Assembly (NCBI GenBank): GCA_964016885.1
Contig: OZ024740.1
Coordinates: 392,212,001 to 392,276,000 of the forward strand
Reading direction: 5' to 3'
DNA length: 64,000 nucleotides
DNA from: Eledone cirrhosa
Lineage: Eukaryota
Both the position numbers and the translations under genes were made by a program. Positions 1 through 13,053 of this stretch are shown here, piece by piece. Below the pieces are notes generated by a model, which saw only the letters and a list, made by a program, of their open reading frames with translations, had not been told where the DNA came from and did not search any database. The stretch's first letter is position 1. Each line of letters begins with the position of its first letter.

Positions 1-1284
1 ATCCTTAATTGGTTTGTCTATCATACTGCTGTCCTTCAATTGGGTCTCCATGGTGTTGGCCCTCACTGTCCCATATACACTCTTTGTTGAACAGTTTTTC
101 TTTTCATGTTGATTGTCACCTTTTGAAATTGATACATCTTGCTAGAAAACATTTCTTTTCCTGGTGGTCTTTGACAATGATATCTGGTTAATTTGCCTTA
201 ATCTCAGTGTGGAAATTGTAAATTTGTTGAAAGTTGAGTGAGAATTGTAAATATTACCTGAAGGATTAGGCCTACTCTTAAGCTTGCCCCTATAGGTCAA
301 AAGGAGACAGCTAAGAGAGGGTATATGTCCTTGGTGGTCAGCATAACTCAGGATCGATGGTGTTTTTTTTATTAGCCTTAGGTAGCTATCCAGCCTACTG
401 GGGTTTTTTCTTTGTTGGCATTTCTTTGTTTTGAGTATTTTCTTTTTACACATTTTAATATAAACCTTCATTGTGTTGTATCCTGCCCTTTATACCATTT
501 CCATTGCCAGGCCTCGATGGCTGATAAAGCCATTATTATCGTTATCATTATTACTTTTAGTATGAGTACTATAGGTTGTTTTAAGGCCATTTTCCTTGCT
601 AAAGCAGAGGTTAGACTTGCAGGCTCTATGAGGTCCTTATTTTGATGCAATGTTTTATAGCCAAGTGCCCTTCCAGGCACCAACTCTTTTAATTATATGG
701 ATATGGTGTACCTATTCCAAACTAAATACACATCAGTAAACTGCATACACATCACTATCATCATCATCATTTAACATTCATTTTCCTTGCTATTACTGTT
801 ATTATGAGGCTTGTATTCTTTTTCTTTTGTGGAACAGGTGGACTAGAAAATATAAGCCTTCTCACTGAAGGAATATAGTTACACAGACAGTGCTACATAT
901 CTGAGTACCACCATTACTGTTGTTTATCTTAGCTTGAATTTTTTGTAAATGTGAAAGGCAGATAAGAAGTTCTTGAGTTGCTCACTAAAAGTTTAGGTAA
1001 ATGATAAGTGCAAGAAGTGAAATGGGTGTTTCCATGACCTTCATGAAGTGAACAGCATGAAGACTATGATTGACTTTGTCTGGTATGTATGGAAAGAGTA
1101 GGTAGTAAGTTATATTGTTGTCTGGATAATGTAGTTAATGGTTTATATACAATTTACTATATATGTCTGCCTATGCAATAATGATATATTAAGATAAAGG
1201 ATTTTAGAGATGACTTGTTCAGTCATTGATTTGTGAAGGTTCCAATGTAGGTGATATTAGTGTTTGTGTGTCTGTCTGAGGATA

Positions 1285-1288
<4 letters not shown>

Positions 1289-1364
<76 letters not shown>
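1289..1364. repeat. (TG)n microsatellite
   Basis: Pure TG run read directly. Confidence 0.95.
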
Positions 1365-1365
<1 letters not shown>

Positions 1366-1515
1366 AAATGGAGTCAAATCTCTGGAGATATGTTTTATTA
1401 CTCAAAAAGAATGCATATGTTATTTAGGATAAGGTAAGATAAGTGTTTTACTTGATTATTGGCAAGGAGAATGATGACAGTATTGTATTTAGCTTTCATA
1501 AGTTTCTTTTGCTTA

Positions 1516-2441
1516 TCTATATATATAAAACTGTGGTTGTCTGTCTGTCTATCGATTTTTGGCACACATCTCCTCTTAGAATCTCTCACGGAATTGCACC
1601 GAAATTGCTATACTTGTACATTGAGCCCTAGCGAAGACATCGGAAAAAAAAAATTTCAAATTGACCCACCCTATGTGACGAAATCGAATATAATGTATCG
1701 ATTTTTGAGCGTAAGTTATCAGTTATTTCCCTTTGTTCTGTTTACATTGAGCGTCTTACGTAAAAAATTACGCTGGCTTTCTCAGCGTTTAAAATGACAT
1801 TTGCAAAATTCATCAGTTCGAACACTAAGCTTCCGTTTTGCTTCATTTCCATTTAAAAGCATTTTAAAACAATATTCTTACTTGAAAACAAGTCTATTTA
1901 AAGACTATGTAAAACAAGCAAATATTTCGTCGTTAGGCGTGCAGACAGACAGTCGTGCAGAGAGGTGATATACGCGTGCAGACAGACAGTCGTGCAGAGA
2001 GGTGATATAGGCGTGCAGACAGACAGTCGTGCAGAGAGGTGATATAGGCGTGCAGACAGACAGTCGTGCAGAGAGGTGATATAGGCGTGCAGACAGACAG
2101 TCATGCAGAGAGGTGATATAGGCGTGCAGACAGACATAACTGATAATTTGGTTACGCTAATGTTTTTCTCTGCGTTGCAGTGTTTACATTTTCGATCTTT
2201 GTTAATAAATAACCAGTGCAGTTTCTATCCCCAGCATCCTCTTTTGTTATAACATTCGGGTTATCGTTATGTTTTCTTAACTTCATAAGGCATATTGTTG
2301 GTTGAGGGAATATTAATCAAAAACACCACATGCAAGTCTGCACAGTAGACACTACAGTTTTTAAGCCAAGAAAGAAACTTAACATTGTAACTTTAACACA
2401 GCTACTGAGCGACCCCGAGCAACGCCGGGCTTTACTGCTAG
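1516..2441 (+). mobile_element. Non-autonomous Helitron (~926 bp) with internal 37-bp tandem array
   Basis: Starts A|TCTATATATATAAAA followed by GTCT repeats; ends with GC-rich hairpin CCCGAGCAACGCCGGG then CTAG|T. TC...hairpin...CTAG inserted between A and T without TSD is the Helitron signature. A near-identical 3' end recurs at 45068-45098. Confidence 0.8.
1936..2136. repeat. 37-bp minisatellite, ~5.4 copies (GGCGTGCAGACAGACAGTCGTGCAGAGAGGTGATATA)
   Basis: Units start at 1936, 1973, 2010, 2047, 2084, 2121; lies inside the Helitron. Confidence 0.95.
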
Positions 2442-2499
2442 TACTCTTATAAAAATATTTTGAATAAACTGTAAGATTAGATTTTATCTGATTATAATA

Positions 2500-3400
2500 A
2501 AAAATATTGCATTGCAAAATTTGTAACATCTTTATAAACAGACTTAGGGATGGCTCTGATCTCCTCCCTGGTGTTTTCCTTTGGTTCAGCAATGGTCCTG
2601 AGCCTCTAAAGAAAGAGGTGGGGTGGGGGGCTTAAATCAGGGCTATGTGAGGCCTCCTCAAAATCAGTCTTCAAACTAATCACACGATTTCCAAACTTAT
2701 TTTGCAGCCATTCTCATGACTCATTGGAAGTGTGTGGGTTTGCTCCATCTTGCTGGAACCAGATCTTATTCATTAGAGATGGGTACATGGTCTATAACTC
2801 CTTTTTGAAGTCTTTCAGGACCTCCACATAGCGTTCCTTTGTGACTTTGTGACACTATTTTTTCCAAGAGGCATGGGTCAATCAGCACTCTCTCAGAATT
2901 GGCAACCCAGACGGTACATTTAAGCAAGTGAAGAGGTTTTACAGCCACTTCAATGGGTTTCTCTGACCTCCCCCAGGACACATTGTTCTTAGAGTTGATC
3001 CTCCCCTCTATGTGAAAGTGGGCTTCATCACATGAAACACTGACTCCCTATTTATCTCAGTTGTAATACAGCTCATTTTCTATGGAATTATTGCATTGCT
3101 AAAATGTGATGGAGTGTGTCTCTTCTAAAATCATTGCATAAACAGATTTTTTAGACACAATATGGTACTTAATGATCTAAGAGTTAACTTTTTGAATATC
3201 AAATAGACATGAAGCAGAGAAGACACAAGTGTACAACATTTTTTGTAGTCAGCTCATAGATTGTTATGATCCTGGACTGATGCCATTCCTGTACTTATCC
3301 TTGAAAAATTGGAAGATATTACGATGATATGATGATATTTTTGCCTTACTTCACTGATAAAAACTTATAATTAACCAAGCAAGTTCACGTTTTTGACATT
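2500..3400 (-). pseudogene. Decayed Tc1/mariner-superfamily transposase relic (boundaries approximate)
   Basis: Minus-strand motifs in the expected order: SCDEAHFH (~3010-3035), WGRSEKP..KPLH..KCTVW (ORF 2766-2981), IWFQQDGA (~2742-2765), SHSPDLSP (~2627-2650); interrupted by stops and frameshifts. Confidence 0.75.
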
Positions 3401-6400
3401 ACAAACAATGTACAGTATTTTGATGTTATTTATACAATTAAAAACATCTTATTGTGCACCCTCTTCTTAGTGGCTCTTATTTCTTGCTCTCTGTTTCTCA
3501 ATCTTATTGTTAAATCCTTTTGTGTTAATCTCAGTTTGAAATAGCTATTCTCATTTCAAGCCTAATTTTGAAACCACTAATCTTACTTTGAACTGATGCA
3601 TGTTTGCTTAGAATTAGAAATACTGTAGTTTGCAATAAAGTTTACAAATATAAGATAGTATATATTTTTAGTATTAGTTCTTTAGTTTGATTTATACATC
3701 CCTACTCTATGTATAATTCATTAGAAAATAACAAAATATATTTAGAAGCTAAAGATTGATAAACAGATAATTGTTTCTACTTTAGGCACAAGGCCAGCAA
3801 ATACCCAGTGCATTACTGGTACTTTATAAACAGATAATGTTCTTTATCTCAGTTTGTCTCCCAAAATAATTTGATTCAATAAATGAATAAAAGAAAGGAG
3901 GAGGAATGTATAAGTTAGTTAAGTCTGAATGGCGATGGTGAGCAGTGCTTTTCGTCTTTGAAGGCTAACTCATGTTGGTGAGATTACTGCAACTGATGCC
4001 CAGCCTAAATATCTGTAGATTAATGACTGCAGGAAAAAAGTAGACAGGAAGAGAATAAGTGAGGAGTTTGTTTAGAATGATACAAATGTTGGCAATAGAG
4101 TGAACTCTACTAAATGCACTCAATGACCAAGTGTTGGTTTTAAAATAAGATATTAATCCTGCTAAAAGAAGTAGTTTACTAAACAAACAAAAAATAATAC
4201 CAGGGGGTAGTTGGCTCCATTAATTTTCTAGTTAGTATTTTCATGGGAAATTTTTTTGCATTTTCATTGGTGAGGAGGAGTCATGATCTTTTTCCTTACT
4301 TCTCAGTGGTTCTCTCTTACTTCATTAGTCTCTACAGCTCCTGTTAATACAGCTGTCTCTAGGTGTTTTAATCAGGCAAGCACTAACAACTTCCAAGCTC
4401 ATGGGGATGATGTTGAACCTCTTCATGATTGTTCCAGCTAGTGCTTGCATCACTACACACATACATAGATATACACATACATGCATATATACATGGACAC
4501 CCCATGCACACACACATTCACTTATGGTAGATCCACTTTTGGTTTTGATAATAAGCATTAAGTTGTTTGATCAAATGAACTACCTACTTGTTAATTAACA
4601 TGTAAGTGGTTAAGTGTTCCGCTGGCTGAATCACGTACAATCCATCTGATGGGCTTCCACATAGTTTCTATCTACACAGTTTTGTTCACAATGCTTGAGT
4701 TAATCAGAGGTTGTGGTATGAGACACTTGCCCAAGATATTACATAGGGATCAAACCTAAGATCTCATGATTGTGAAACTGTCTTTTTTAACCATCCAGTT
4801 CTGTCTCTATCCATACTCGCATGCATGCATGCTCCAACACATGCATGCACTAATACATGCATGCACACCTACATATGCACACTCACACACAAATCTTTTC
4901 CTACAAACTATTTAGAGATGAAGTTTATAATGGAAGCATATAACAGCTTATGTTGTTCATTCTTTACGTGTACTTGTATGTACTTGAATATAATTAGAGT
5001 TCAGTGTAATTGTAGAAAATGATTTTTTGGTAGTGGGGAAGTGAGTGGGATGACAAGGTCCTGTAGGAAAGTGTTTCACTCACACATTCCATTTTTTTAC
5101 ATGGTTTCTAAAGCTGGATGCCCTTTCTATCACCAATCATTTTACAGTGTGTAGTGGGTGCATTTTGTTATGGCATCAGCACTAGAAAGATTGTATTATT
5201 CTTGGTAAGACTAAACATTCCTCACTACCATTCCTTCCTTCTTTTCCTTCAAAATTAAGAGAAGAGAGCTAGTATGAGAAAGTGATAGAAAAGTAAAAAA
5301 CAATAACAAAAAGATCCAGAGTGATAGATGCAAGAAGATGATAGAAGAGAAGGTAATGAGAGATTGTGAGGTGAGAGAGAAAGACTGTGTGATAGACAGT
5401 TTCATGATGATTATCAGTAAGAAGATTAAATAGAAACTGTATGGGCTGCATATCTTTGTAGCTTATTTTACTCTGTTGATTCTGGATTGTCTTTTGTATC
5501 ATGAAAGCCATTTTCCATTGGGCTCTAAGTACATTGGATGCACACTTTGTCCTTGTTATCTATGTCTTATTTTTTCAGCTTTCTATTTATTGCCATTCTT
5601 CCTTACACTTCACTAGATTTATTATTTTTTTCTTTTTCTTTTCCCCTCATCTATTAGGGGTGGTCACCTTCAAATATTTTCTTGATACATTTGGAAATTA
5701 GGGGTAGATTGGGCGTGGTTTATTTTCTTAAGGGTGGTGCTGGAGATATATGTTATCTTAGTTTATTGTTTTTAGCAGCTCAGTACTATCATATTCCTTT
5801 TTTTGTTTTATTTTAAAATATTTTCATTACCATGACAACTAGATGAATGTCAAAGATCCCTCCCTCTATCTCTCAACATGTATAAACATTTCTCATCCTG
5901 CTGCTAATTTTGAAATAACAAGGGATCCCATCTGAGCCATCAGGAGGATTACCAACCAACAAGGCAACCTCTATATGGTCACTCAAATTGTTAGAAATAT
6001 CAGTCAAATCTCCCTCATATCAAGGTCCCTACCATTTAAAGGAGGATGAATGGAGTGAAAATTATAGGATGGTCATGGTGGGAACGTCTTTAACCATAGG
6101 TTTGCTCACTCAGGACGGCTGATCTATGGGGAGGAGGCAGCTAAACAATAACAGCAACAACCACTAGCTTTTCCCTCACCAACAACAACAACAACACCAC
6201 CACCATCAATGCCACCACTATTATCACCACAAGCATTGCCTTAATTATGACCATGCTACCCCCAGCTACCACTACCTAATGACATTATCCTCAATTCTTA
6301 TTGTAGTTGTCAGTAAAATGGTAATGCTTTCAAACAGTACACTGAAGAAAGACATGTATAATGGCAACAGTTTGCCTATTTGTCTTCCTTCCTTGCTTGT

Positions 6401-6552
6401 TGCTTCGGGTTTTTATTTAACAATTTTATCACATTCAACACATTTTTTTCTCTTTTGTATTTTATCAATTTTAGGGTGTTTTAGGTATTTTTGTTGTTGT
6501 TTTGTTGGTGTTTTATTATTTTTATTATTATTATTATTTTGCATTATGCAGG

Positions 6553-6584
<32 letters not shown>

Positions 6585-7074
6585 CTGTTTGTATCTGTGT
6601 GTATGCAGAATAAGGATTATGTGGTGATAGTGCGTTTGTACGTGTGTCAATGTTTTTGGTTTCTGCTTTTTAAATGTCAGCAATGCCACTCTTCTGAGTA
6701 TGTGTGTGTGTTTGTTTGTGTGAGGAGAGTACTCAACATAAACAAAATTGAGATAGCAAAGATTATATGTATGTGGTGTCAATGATGATAATGATGAAGA
6801 GGAGGAGGAGGAGGGGGGGTGAGGAAAGTAGGTAGCAGTGGTAGTAATATGTATCTAAAGGGGGAAAAAAATAAAAATAAAAATAAAACAAAAAAAACAG
6901 TTACGAAATAATAAAATAGATGCGCAAATAAAACAAGGTCTCCAGGATTAAACAAATTATTGTATAAAGGGTAGGCTAAGATAGGGTCGGTTACTTCTGC
7001 TTTACAATCTGTTATCTGTGTAACCTCCCCATTCTCAAATATAATATGTTTGAATATACAGACACATGTGTATA

Positions 7075-7076
7075 AG

Positions 7077-7164
<88 letters not shown>

Positions 7165-7362
7165 TATGTATGTGTTTGAGTATGTGTATGAGTGTGTGTG
7201 TATATATATATATATATATATGTATATGTATATATGTATATGTATATATGTATGTATGTATATGTATATGTATATATATATATATGTATGTTTATATGTC
7301 TATGTATATATGTATATATATGTATGTATGTATATATATATGTATATATATATATGTATGTG

Positions 7363-7395
<33 letters not shown>

Positions 7396-7428
7396 GTATA
7401 TATATGTATATATATATGTATGTGTATG

Positions 7429-7464
<36 letters not shown>

Positions 7465-7469
7465 TGTAT
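7075..7469. repeat. (TA)n/(TATG)n compound microsatellite
   Basis: Read directly; explains the YI/YM ORFs. Confidence 0.95.
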
Positions 7470-8065
7470 GTTGGTGCTACTGGTAACATGTATCCCAGTA
7501 CAACCTGTCTCATGGTCGGGTCGTTGGCGACTAAACTAGCAACTCCACCAAGGTTTCTTGGTGAGGAGGGTGACTTTGGACATCCTGCAGGACTAAAAAC
7601 AAAACCTGTCAAAGGGCAAAGGAGCTCTTAAGAGTCAATGGCCATCCAAAATCACCGGGAGAGATGACCCCTTAGCCTTTGTCAAGGCAGAATTCTAGGA
7701 GAAGGAAAACTCTGATATAACATCTGCAACCCTGATGGTATCCAATGATTTTGACTTGTTCTTCTTTTTGGTAAATATCATCTTGGTTAAGAGAGTGGGA
7801 CTGGCTTTCTGCAGTGCCTTTGCTCACTATAAAATCTTCACGGCACAGGCATTGCTTTGTATCTGGAGATCTCTCTGCACTTGTCGTCACATGGTACCAA
7901 AGGCAAAGCACTATGTGTCAATAATTGTCACAAGTGTAGTGTTTGTACCAGAGTTTTCAAGTCGCTGGCTGGACTAAAAAGTCACACTCGTTCAGCGCAT
8001 CGGTAGGGGTTCTCCTACATGGATATAAAGTAGTGGCCGTACTCGAAAACGAGTTGGCAGCCACC
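7470..8065 (+). mobile_element. ORF-less ~600-bp interspersed repeat, probably RTE-LINE-derived non-autonomous element (copy 1)
   Basis: Homologous along its length to 9101-9726; contains CTAGGAGAAGGAAAACTCTGA, which I recall from RTE 5' UTRs; flanked by (TA)n. Confidence 0.6.
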
Positions 8066-8110
8066 ATATATATGTATGTATATATATATGTATGTATATA
8101 TATATGTATG

Positions 8111-8141
<31 letters not shown>

Positions 8142-8255
8142 ATATATATATGTTTGTATATATATATATATATATATGTATGTATATATATATATATGTT
8201 TGTATATATATATTATATATATATATGTATGTATATATATATATATGTATGTATA

Positions 8256-8835
8256 ATTATAATGAAATGACAGGAGGCTGGATTTGTGTAAATCCTTGAA
8301 AGGTTTATTATACTATGATCATTTCAATGACCGGGTTCCGTATGAATCCGGTGATATCATCAGGTATTCGAAATATAATACGTGAATGTAATAGATAAAA
8401 TCCATGGGGCTGAAAATCGAGGACCCGAGGGCGACCGCTATTCTGTTCCTTCAACCTCAGCCGGTCGCCCTTCAACCTCCAGGGCGACCGGCTGAGGTTG
8501 AAGGAACAGAATAGCGGTCGCCCTCGGGTCCTCGATTTTCAGCCCCATGGATTTTATCTATTACATTCACGTATTATATTTCGAATACCTGATGATATCA
8601 CCGGATTCATACGGAACCCGGTCATTGAAATGATCATAGTATAATAAACCTTTCAAGGATTTACACAAATCCAGCCTCCTGTCATTTCATTATAATATTT
8701 AACTCCGTAATAGCACCACCAACTACAAAAACAAAGACTTGAACTGCTTTACGTTGAGTACTCTCTATATTATTGCATTATGATTGACCATACGGAATAG
8801 ACCAGCTCTATACAGTGGTGAACCTCAAACCTGAA
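8256..8835 (+). mobile_element. Penelope-like pLTR remnant: ~216-bp inverted repeat (8256-8471 / 8481-8696) plus unique ~140-bp tail
   Basis: Arms read as exact reverse complements around a 9-nt spacer; each arm carries a hammerhead motif followed by AATAAA; embedded in (TA)n. Confidence 0.7.
8585..8642 (+). ncRNA. Type I hammerhead ribozyme motif (mirror copy on - strand at 8310-8367)
   Basis: ATAC-CTGATGA-[stem II with ACCGG/CCGGT and TTC/GAA]-GAAA-TGATCA-TA-GTAT; palindromic stem III ATGATCAT, AUA triplet, then AATAAA. Confidence 0.7.
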
Positions 8836-9100
8836 TATATGTATGTATATATATATATGTATGTATATATATATATGTATTTATATGTATGTATATATAT
8901 GTATATATATATATGTATGTATATATATATGTATGTATATATATATATGTATGTATATATATATGTATGTATATATATATGTATGTATATATGTATGTAT
9001 ATATATATGTATATATATATATGTATGTATATATATATGTATGTATATATATATGTATATGTATGTATATATATATGTATGTATATATATATATGTATAT

Positions 9101-9725
9101 GTCGGGTCACTCTTGAGTGCTATTGGTAACATGTAACCCAGTACAACCTGTCGCATGGTCGGGTCGTCGGCGACTAAACCGGCAACCCCACCAAGTTTAC
9201 TTGGTGAGGAGGGTGATTTTGGACACCCTGCAGGACAAGAAACAAAACCTGACAAAGGGCGGAAGATCTCATAAGAGTCAACGGCCATCCAAAACTGTGT
9301 AAATATGTATATACACATGTACATATGTATGTATATGTATATGTGTATATACACATGTACATATGTATGTACATGCGCGGGGACATAGAAATAATCGGGC
9401 TGGACACCCGATCGCACGGTTAAACCACTGGGAGTGAAGGACCCCTAGCCTTTGTCAGGGCATCCTTCTAGGAGAAGGCAACTCAGGAAACTGGGATAAC
9501 TCCGATATAAAACCTGCGGCTCAATAGTTACCGATGATGTTGATCTTTTCTTCTTTTCGGGTTATAGCTACTGTCGCTCAGAGAGTGGGATTGGCTCAGT
9601 GCACAGTCTTTCCTCATTTAAAAAAATATCTTCACGCACAGGCATTGCACGATAGAATTAATAAATAATTATTAATAATGGTATATCGTGCAATGGCCAT
9701 ACTCGATAACGAGGGGGCAGCCATC

Positions 9726-9726
<1 letters not shown>
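9101..9726 (+). mobile_element. Second copy of the ~600-bp RTE-related element, interrupted by a short microsatellite
   Basis: Aligns by eye to 7470-8065, from GGTAACATGTA..CCCAGTACAACCTGTC to GGCAGCCA.CA before (TA)n. Confidence 0.6.
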
Positions 9727-9758
<32 letters not shown>

Positions 9759-9830
9759 TCTATATGTATGTATATATGTATATGTATATATATATGTATG
9801 TATATATATATATGTATGTATATATATATG

Positions 9831-9864
<34 letters not shown>

Positions 9865-9965
9865 TGTATATGTATGTATATATGTATATGTATATATATA
9901 TGTATGTATATATATATATATGTATGTATATATGTATGTATGTATATATATATATGTATGTATGT

Positions 9966-10005
<40 letters not shown>

Positions 10006-10006
10006 G

Positions 10007-10040
<34 letters not shown>

Positions 10041-10524
10041 TATGTATGTATATATGTGTGTATGTATATATATGTGTATGTATATATGTGTGTGTATGTA
10101 TATATATATATGTGTGTGTATATATATGTGTGTGTATATATATGTGTATATATATCTATGTGTATATATATATGTATGTATATATATATATATATATATG
10201 TGTGTGTAAATCTATGTGTATATATATGTGTGTGTAAATCTGTGTATATATATGTATGTATATATATATGTATATATATGTGTGTATATATATGTATGTA
10301 TATATATGTATATGTGTGTATATATATATATGCGTGTGTATATATATGTGTGTATATATATGTGTATATATATATGTGTCTATATATATATGTATATATA
10401 TATATGTATATATATATATGTCTATATATATGTGTATATATGTGTGTGTATATATATATATATATGTGTGTATATATATATATATGTGTATATATATATA
10501 TGTGTGTGTATATATATATATATA

Positions 10525-10555
<31 letters not shown>

Positions 10556-10867
10556 GTGTGTATATATATATGTGTATATATATATATATATGTGTATATA
10601 TATATATGTGTGTATATATATATGTGTATATATATGTGTATATATATATATATGTGTATATATATATATATGTGTGTATATATATGTGTATATATATATA
10701 TATGTGTGTATATATATATGTGTATATATATATATATATATATGTGTGTATATATATATTTGTATATATATACACACACACATATATATATGTGTATATA
10801 TATATGTGTATATATATATACACACACACACATATATATGTGTGTGTATATATGTATGTGTGTGTAT
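9727..10867. repeat. 1.1-kb (TA)/(TATG)/(TG) compound microsatellite
   Basis: Read directly. Confidence 0.95.
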
Positions 10868-12833
10868 AGTTACTTTCTAATTACATTACACAATATTTGG
10901 TTGGGATACTATCAGTAGCATGTTGATCACTCTATGGCTGAAAACACTGTTCATCAGACCCAGTAACTATGTAGCTCTTCAACAAATATAGACCTCTTTT
11001 ACCCCTTGTTGAATATAATGCCACATGTGTGTATACACACAAACATTGTGCTGGTTTATGGAATTGAAAAAATAGTAGAATGTAAATCCAAATGCTTTGG
11101 AATGTTCAGTTTCATCTCTCTATACTCTGAATTCAAATCCCACCTGCCTCAGCTTTGCTGTTCCCTTTTTCTAGGTTCAATAAAATGAGTACCAGACATC
11201 TATTGATTCAATTCTCTTTGTTATGTTTCCCCTTCAAAATATGGCTTTGTACCTGTATATGGAGTCAATATTGTATCTTTTGAACATAGTAATTATTGTA
11301 ATGGTATTAATCTTTTTAACTGAAAATAAGCTCTGATTCAAATAAGGATTTCTACTATAGGTTCAAGGTCAGAAATTTGGGGAGAGAGGGGAAAGTCAAT
11401 TAAATCAACCCCAGTGCATTACTGGTGCTTATTTTATCCAGCTCGTAATGATGAAAAGCAAAGCTAATCTCAGTGAGATTTGAATTCTGGTTTAAGTAAT
11501 ATGATGAAATGACAAACTTTATTTATTATCTTTTAGAAAGCTTCTTTCTCCAATCCCCCCCCCCCCCCCCATAATTTAGGGATTCAATTTGTATATTGCA
11601 AAAGAAATTTTGTCAAGTAACTAACAAATATTAACATAATGAGAGAAAGGATTTTAAATCTGGCTCAAATACTAATCCTGGTCAGTTAATCTTAGTGTTC
11701 AGTTATCTGCCAGAAATTCCTGTTGTTCACAACTGTTTCTCTGCTGGCTTTCCTACTTTTCTTTGTTAACTTTGTCTCATTGCTTTTACTAACTACCTGT
11801 TTGTACCCATATTTCTTGATGAATTTGCTATGAAATAGTATATAATTATGAGAAGTACTATTGTTTTTAATATGACCCACTGTGTTGAGGCACTTTCATG
11901 GTAACTAAATCAGACAATCATCTGTTGGCTGTAAACCCAACAGTGGGGTAATATAACACATCATCAGTTACATCATATAATAAATGGAAAGTGAAATCTG
12001 AATTAAGTTTTAATTGTTTGATCATTTTATTTCGTGGGTAATTATTTTTAATGAGTTATTTATAAAATAAATTATATACTAGCAATACAATGTGACCTCG
12101 TTACAGAATTTAACCTTGTGCTTTGATTAAAGGAAATCATTTTTGCTGAAGCTACACTACTGATGTAATGTTTCTGATTTTTTTACAAGATATAGAATAA
12201 ATATAAAGAGCACTCAACTTGTACTTAAGGACCGCCATTTCATTATCAGTTAATTATGAGTAGCTAACATGATTTATGTACATTTTTATTTCATATTGCA
12301 TTGTTTATGCATGAATTATTCCAAAGAAGAAAGGCAGGGGCCATAGACTAGAGACTTCTTCCCATCACCTCTCTCTAAAGATCATAGTAGATATGGTAAA
12401 ATAATTTTTCAATAGATAAAACTCACTGACATTTTGTAGCTTTGGACTAGTAACCTTAATTATGATGATGATCCCATTATTGTGATTGTGATAATGGATC
12501 TTATCATCATCCCTTTCATTATCACCATCTTCATCATTATGCTTATTTGGTGCTGTTGCCCATGACAGCCTACTGCCAGACACAAGCTTCTCTGGTAATT
12601 TTCTATTGCATTTTATGTAAAACTCTAGTTGAGTTTATTGTAATATCAATAGTACCGAGACACAGTCACTACACATATCATCAGAAACATTTCTTTCTTT
12701 CAGAAAACACTTAGTTTAAATCTGCAAGCTCACTATAAATGCTAGGACTTACAATCTCTCGTGATTTTTCATGGTAATAACACATCCACAACATTATCAA
12801 AACTGTATTTTAAAGATGACATATATTCTTTAA

Positions 12834-13053
12834 CCCTTAGCATTTAAACCAGCCGTATCTGGCCAGAATTCTCTCACCTCTTTCTGTTCAAACCAGCTGT
12901 AACTGGCTGTTCATACTGATGTGAAGGTATTGTTCTCAAAATAAATAATATCAAAATCTCATAGATTTAATATTATGTGAAATATTTATGTGAGGTAAAG
13001 CTTTTACCATAAAAATACAATAGTAAATATAGAGTAATGTAAATGCTAAAGGG
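12834..13053. mobile_element. piggyBac-like MITE (~220 bp); further copies at ~13794-13989 (one end lost) and 18872-19092, both in the opposite orientation
   Basis: TTAA|CCCTTAGCATTT ... AAATGCTAAAGGG|TTAA: terminal inverted repeats with TTAA target; three homologous copies. Confidence 0.75.

Noticed and set aside
1-720. Short ORFs at window start
   Set aside because: No recognisable protein; probably a decayed retroelement piece I cannot classify.
7050-10918. Long YI/YM/CV ORFs (also 41640-44207, 59799-60257)
   Set aside because: Translations of (TA)/(TATG) microsatellites.
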